A DNA stretch of 64,000 bases. Origin: Eledone cirrhosa (taxonomy: Eukaryota). The notes under the pieces were generated by a model. The model saw only the letters and a program-made list of their open reading frames with translations, did no database searches and was not told the origin of the DNA. The stretch is from positions 5,270,001 to 5,334,000 of the forward strand of contig OZ024743.1 in NCBI GenBank assembly GCA_964016885.1, given 5' to 3'. Made by a program: the position numbers and the translations under genes. Shown here piece by piece: positions 57,700 through 64,000 of the stretch. Each line of letters opens with the position of its first letter. The stretch's first letter is position 1.

Positions 57700-59679
57700 G
57701 TGTAGAATGAAGAGACTGTCAAACGACAAAGATTCTCAGTGAGGGCAGAAGTAAAATGAAAGTGAATGAGAAAATAAGGTATTTATGATAGTGCACTTAG
57801 TGGCAAACAGAGAAAGAGTGAGAGTGGACTGGAGTTAAGAACTTAGCTTTATGTTACTTTAAGCGGGACGAAAAATAAGAACAATCCTCCTACATTGGCT
57901 GATAAATAAAGATGGAAAACTTGAAATCTTTATGAAACTTGTTCTTCCATGGCTTTTTTATGAAAGGATTTCTGGAATAAAGTTTTGAAGTGTTTAGTCA
58001 GGAGGGAAAGGACAGTATCCATGGCCCTTTTTATGTGAGTGAGTGAGGAAGTTTTTGCTGAATCAGAGACCTGGTCCGAATATATGGAACAAAGGTAACT
58101 CTGCTAAAGGCACCAAAGGTTATGCTAGGACGTTAAATCTATAATTAGTAAAACTGTCATCGTTTTTGACGACATGGATACACTATACCTATTAAATGTT
58201 TTCTCAATTAGGTTTAAAGCCTAATGGGTCTTGTCAAAAGTTCCGCGCAAAACTAGGAGACACGAAATTTTGATAATCCGCTTCATGATCATGTATTCCT
58301 ATTAAATTGGCTTCATTGCAAGACTGTCTTGTGTTTAAAAGAACATATTTATTAAGTTATGTGAAGTGTGTGTGAGTGGGTGGATAATTAAAAACTTCTC
58401 AGGATTTTCGTTGGAGTGAAAACAGGTTAATTTCACGCGGGTAAATTAAATTGTTAGGTTGTTAGCGACAAACAAAGGTAAAATTCTGGATAATTCCATA
58501 ACCGGAAAACTGGCGTGCAGTAAATAATGTCTCTATCACTTACATTAAAGATGATACGGTAATTAAACAAAAGTCTTGGTCAGACAATTAATCAAATCTG
58601 AAGACTTGGAAGCAGAGGGTAGAGAAAAGAGGAACTGGTAGCGAGAGCTTGGCAGACGTTTAAAGCTGTGTGTTTCTTTTTATTATCTTTTTTTTTATGT
58701 ATGTTTGTTATATGATTTAGTTCTTTCTACAAACCACTCGCGGATGACGGTTGTAAAACTTGGTCTAGGGAAAAATATTGTACATACGGTATTTGTTAAC
58801 ACAAGAAAATGAAAACATCATTGATATAAAAAAAATATATATATATGTATAATATAATGTAGACATAATATAAATTGATATTAAAATGTACAATAAAATA
58901 AAAGAAAATAAAATAAAAATAAAATGGAAATGTTCTACAAAGAATCGTACCTGAATAAACAAACAAGAAAAAAAAAGAGTGAAAAGGAAAATAGAAAAGC
59001 AGAGAAATGTGTAGAATATAGTTAGCAAAGGAAAAAAAAAATTAAAATTAGAGTATAAATCAGGTTTTCTAGGTCTGGGCTTTGGATTTAGAGGGATTAC
59101 TAGCTGAAATAGTTAGAAATGGTCAGTATAATCACCAGAGCTGTAAAATTAAAGAAAGCATTATTATAGCATCGTTAAAGGAATCAAAATCTTTAGGAAT
59201 TATTGATTAGAAACTTAGCTATTTATGCTACGATGAGTTATTGCTAATTACAGTGATTTATTATTCTTACACCAAGTGGTATTAATATTTTATAGGTTTG
59301 TGTGGTTGGAGCAAAATAGAGATACATACAGATAGAGAGCCAGACAGAGATAGAGACAGACAAGGAGACGTAAGGAAAATTAAAGATGTATAAAAGGTTA
59401 GTTAAGAAAATGATAGAATGTTTTGCTAATTGAAGGAGTAATTTGTGTTTCCACTATAATAGTACGACAAAGCGTTATATCCCACAGTGATGATATTAAT
59501 GGCTTCTAACATAAGCACAAGGTCATACAACTTAAAGGGAGGGGTAGAGGCTTGAATACTCATTTTTGTCGACTGAGAAATTATGAAAGATTAGTCGACC
59601 TCAGAAAGTAAAGTGATATAACTCAATACTGCATCGTATTTTACTCGTCGCGCTACAGAGTCTACCATCCACTGCAATG

Positions 59680-59734
<55 letters not shown>

Positions 59735-59921
59735 TAATTGTTTCTACTTTTGGCACAAGGCCAGCAATTACCCAGTGTATTACTGGTACTTTATTTTATC
59801 GACCCCGTAAGGATGAAAGGCAAAGTCAACCTCGGCGGGATTTGAACTCACAATGGCAAGGGCCGTAACTCTATGCGTCAATGCATGGTGTCCGACCCTC
59901 TACCGATACTGCCAATCCACC
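59735..59921 (-). mobile_element. Full-length SINE A
   Basis: Matches other copies; in (AAT)n. Confidence 0.92.
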
Positions 59922-61455
59922 GAATAACAATAATAATAATGATGATGATGATGATGATGATGATGAGGATTTCTCATTTAGTTACAGATCACAAGTTTGT
60001 AAATGAGGGTTACTGTTGAACTAAACAATTATTTCTTTACGCGACATAGACCTTCTACTTTGGGGAATAGATGTAGTTGATTTAATCGATACAGTTACTG
60101 GTATTTATTTTATCGATCTCAGATAAAAACATGAAATATTTGACCTTGCACCAATGTTAGGAATCATTACGTTTATTATAAGCAACGACAACATACACAT
60201 TGCAAAGGAAATAATTAAAGAAAATATTTACACTGCGAGAAAAAATTGTTTGGAAACTTAATGGAGGGAGAGAGATAAATATAAAGCGAGAAATAGAGAG
60301 GGAGAGACCGACAGATTGAGAGCCAGGTAGAAAGAAGATAAAATTGGAATGAGAAATGATTTTACAAAAGAAGAGAAAATATAAATATGAAAAGAGAACA
60401 ATGAAGCGTTTACATAAAACATGAAAAGGTGAAAATAGTATTAAAATGTTAGTAGTTTTTGTAGACAACCAGGATGATAGAAGGACAAAGCTGGATTTGC
60501 ATAGAACACGAAGAGTATTATAGGTGGGTTTATTTTTATTTGTATCCGCTTACACAAATCTATAACTTATTCCCGTGGCTAATCTTGTAACTGAGAAATA
60601 ACATCCCTTCACCCTGTTATGAACACTATTCTCGCAAATGAAACAATTTCAACTTTCAATTGGGAAAGTTGGCAAACCTTGTTTTTGACATTTCTTGGTC
60701 TGAAAACTCTAAGAAAATGACTACGCGGGAATTCTCACTGTTCAGTTCACACTCACCCACACCAAATCATGTTATAGGTCGAACGACCATTTCCATCACT
60801 TTGGATTTTTCCACAACACAGTCATGCAGCAAACATATTTAGCGACTTATTTACTGCTCGCGGGAAATTATTATATATCTAATCTAATTATATAAATTTG
60901 TATAAAACTGCAAAGTTTTAAGATTTAGTAATGCGTGTCTCTAAAGGCTGCATCCTACTTGACCTATGGTAGCGTCAGTTTTGATTGAGCCTGCCTATTT
61001 TTAATGAAGTTCTAAATAATTGACCCAAGTAAATAGGCTTTCGCAATTATTCCAGTTGTTGCAATTGAGGTTGGACAAGTTACTGCAACAACAATACTTT
61101 ATAAAATATATAAAAGTTATGGCTCATTCAAACTCATGACTATGGTGTTACCCAAGTATGAAAGACGTGATTCTACAGACGACCAGCAATTTCACATCTA
61201 CATATGTCCTTTCGACGCTTGCTAAAACCAAGATATATGCTTCAACTTATAAAAGATATATATTTTTTTTTAAATGAAGTTAAAAATAACCGCGCTAATA
61301 TTTCAAGAAAGGTAACTCTTAAAGTAACAGAGTTACTTCCCTTGAAATGTAATTCGTTATTGCGAAAGGAACCTTTCTTTCTTAAGATGAAATTACTGTA
61401 GATTAACGAGGAGCAGTCAGCGATATATAGTGTTTTAATTTCTAACTGTATCCAT

Positions 61456-61632
61456 TTCAAATCCCGCCGAGGTTAACTTTGCCTTTCATCCTTACGGGGT
61501 TGATAAAATAAAGTACCAGTAATACACTGGATAGTTTGCTGGCCTTGTGCCAAAAGTAGAAACAATTATTTAAAGTACCAGTAATGTACTAGGTATTTGC
61601 TGGCCTTGTGCCAAAAGTAGAAATAATTATTT
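61456..61632 (+). mobile_element. SINE A with duplicated 3' end
   Basis: TAAAGTACCAG...AGAAA(C/T)AATTATT occurs twice. Confidence 0.85.
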
Positions 61633-61659
61633 AAGTCACTAGTGACTTAAATAATTATT

Positions 61660-61749
61660 TGGACGTTTATTACCTGGACGTTTATTACCTGGACGTTTAT
61701 TACCTGGACGTTTATTATCTGGACGTTTATTATCTGGACGTTTATTACG
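61660..61749. repeat. 15-bp tandem repeat x6
   Basis: Unit TGGACGTTTATTA(C/T)C. Confidence 0.9.
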
Positions 61750-62298
61750 GCTTATATAATGAATCGGTATTACATAATTGTTATCCCGAGTAAATAATAT
61801 AGATAATATATTTCTGATTTTATAGTATACTACTTTTTTATATATAAAGATATATAAAAAAAAGTAGTATACTGTAAAATCAGAAATATATTATTTATAT
61901 TTAGAATACGATTACATTTTATTTCTGAAACCAGAGATGAAATCCAGCTATAGTTCAGTATATATTTTAAGTTTGTGTATTTATCACCCAGTCCTTGGTT
62001 TACAATTTTTACTTTGGGTTTGCCTATTACTTGCATCTGTATTTGAGGAATCATTTACAGAAGTAGATATAATTGATGAATTCATTAGATGTGTTAATAT
62101 CTTACATTTATATGAGATGAACACAACACAACACACAAAACACACAGTACACTACACGCAAACGATTATAATAAGCGAGGACTGAATGCAGCTGAATGCA
62201 AAGTTGATTATATCAATTTGAAAGGCTGTGAGTGATTGAGGTTCATGCTTTAATGGGCTGGCTGAGTGCAATCGACTAGCAACCCAGCTCGTACCTAC

Positions 62299-62410
62299 TG
62301 GGTCCACGTGACAGCTGGTATAAGCCAGGCAGAGTCCCGCCCCACAGATGCCCTGCAGGTCCCACCTCGGGGTTCATTCCACCTCAATGGGATCCATGAT
62401 TTTATTTTGC
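62299..62410 (-). CDS. Candidate upstream exon of the host gene
   Basis: GC-rich island after a strong acceptor (ctctttccctccttccag); open frame KIKSWIPLRWNEPRGGTCRAS...VTWT; donor CA|GTAGGT and frame uncertain. Confidence 0.4.
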
Positions 62411-62763
62411 CTGGAAGGAGGGAAAGAGAATCGGAGAGATTTATGTTTAAATAAAATTTGAAGTCTAGCATATTACGGTGGAGATTTTGTTTTAAGAGAG
62501 AATCATGAAAATAACGATAGTGAGAAATATAGAAAAGAGTTAGAGTAAATATTTTAAGTGAATAGAAGGTGAAGGGAAACAAACATTGAAATATAGATTA
62601 GATAAATGCAAACATTAGAACCTCCTCTCATATACACTTACAAAGGTTTGCATATTACTATATATAATGTATGTATGTATGTATGTATGTATGTATGTAT
62701 GTATGTATGTATGTATGTATGTATGTATGTATGTATGTATGTGTGTATGTATGTGTGTAGTGA

Positions 62764-63035
62764 AGGCGCGTGGCTTTGTGGTTAAGCTATTCGACTCACA
62801 ATCGTATGGTTATGAGAATCGTATGTTCACGGAAGCGTGTTGTGTCCTTGAGCAAGACACTTTATTTCACATTGCTCCAGTTCATTCAACAGGGAAAATA
62901 TGAATTGTACCTGTAATTTGAAGGGCCAACTTGTCACATTCTGTGTCACGCTGAATCTCCCTGAGAACTACGTTCTGCGTACGCATGTCTGTGGAATACT
63001 CAGCCACTTGCACGTTAATTTCACGAACAGGCTGA
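62764..63035 (+). mobile_element. SINE family B
   Basis: tRNA-like head GGCGCGTGGCTTTGTGGTTAAG followed by the shared body. Confidence 0.75.
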
Positions 63036-63390
63036 GTACCAGTATTGTATGTATGTTTGTGTGAATGTGTGGACGTGCAAGCTTGTATGTATATCATATA
63101 ATTGCATGTACATATATGTAAGTGTATATAATTAAGTCTACATACATACATACATACATACATACATACATACATACATACATACATACATACATACATA
63201 CATACATGAACATAAACCATAATTATAATTAGTATAAAAATTGATGTTAATATTTGTTTCTCGTTCCAGTTAGAAGGAAAAAACTCAAACAAACAGAAAC
63301 ATTATTACGTCACTTTGAAAATCCATAGTTTAAAAGAATGAAGCCTATATACCCCTATGACTAACTTCATGTAACCGTACACACACACAC

Positions 63391-63431
<41 letters not shown>

Positions 63432-63446
63432 GATACGTACATACAT

Positions 63447-63483
<37 letters not shown>

Positions 63484-63588
63484 CATACACACACACATGT
63501 ATATACATATATTATATACATACACACACACACACATATATTATACATGCATACATACATACATACACACATACACACATACATACAT

Positions 63589-63640
<52 letters not shown>

Positions 63641-63677
63641 ATACATACATACATACATACATACATACATACATACA

Positions 63678-63708
<31 letters not shown>

Positions 63709-63779
63709 CATAAATTCTAAACTAGAAAATACAATACACAGTGGAAATGCAATAGATGAGTAAAATATAAGAGATCCAA

Positions 63780-63882
63780 GTCTCCCAGCTAAAAAAGGGG
63801 TCAACCATTCAGCTGAAAAAGTATTCTCAGATACTTCACTTTCCCTTGAATGAGGCCTTAAAAATCTCCACATTCCTCTCAT
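63780..63882 (-). CDS. Weak candidate exon
   Basis: Acceptor-like tgttgttttctgccag at 63883; frame and donor unresolved. Confidence 0.25.
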
Positions 63883-64000
63883 CTGGCAGAAAACAACATT
63901 AAAAGGAAGACATGGAGAATTTGACAACGAAACTCTGTAGTAACAAGGAACTGACAAAATATATTGGTGGTGGTCTACAGATCTGAAGATCAAATGTTTT

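Noticed and set aside
58735-58770. CGGATGA...AAAAC-ttg-GTC as a hammerhead
   Set aside because: Both core halves are mutated and stem I is absent.

Overview
AT-rich, microsatellite-dense eukaryotic DNA with one 200-N gap. The SINE families and repeat landscape suggest an octopod cephalopod (inference). Most listed ORFs are translations of simple repeats. Real coding signal is limited to decayed retro/DNA transposon fragments (R4/Dong-like and CRE-like RLE LINEs, RTE, Tx1/L1, a Penelope GIY-YIG endonuclease, a hAT transposase) and 2-4 exons of an unidentified minus-strand host gene near 49.8-63.9 kb. The main unannotated signal is a dense set of type I hammerhead ribozyme (HHR) motifs, about 9 with intact cores and several more degenerate, all found and folded by eye. 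They sit in small non-coding elements in or beside (TA)n tracts, either as partial tandem monomers (418, 466 and 591 nt) or as snap-back palindromes. Two diverged monomer families share a hairpin, an ATGCAAAT octamer and an HHR with extended stem I, and one occurs as a circularly permuted copy. This is consistent with a retrozyme-like circular RNA system mobilised by Penelope-like elements (PLEs). No searches or folding programs were run.
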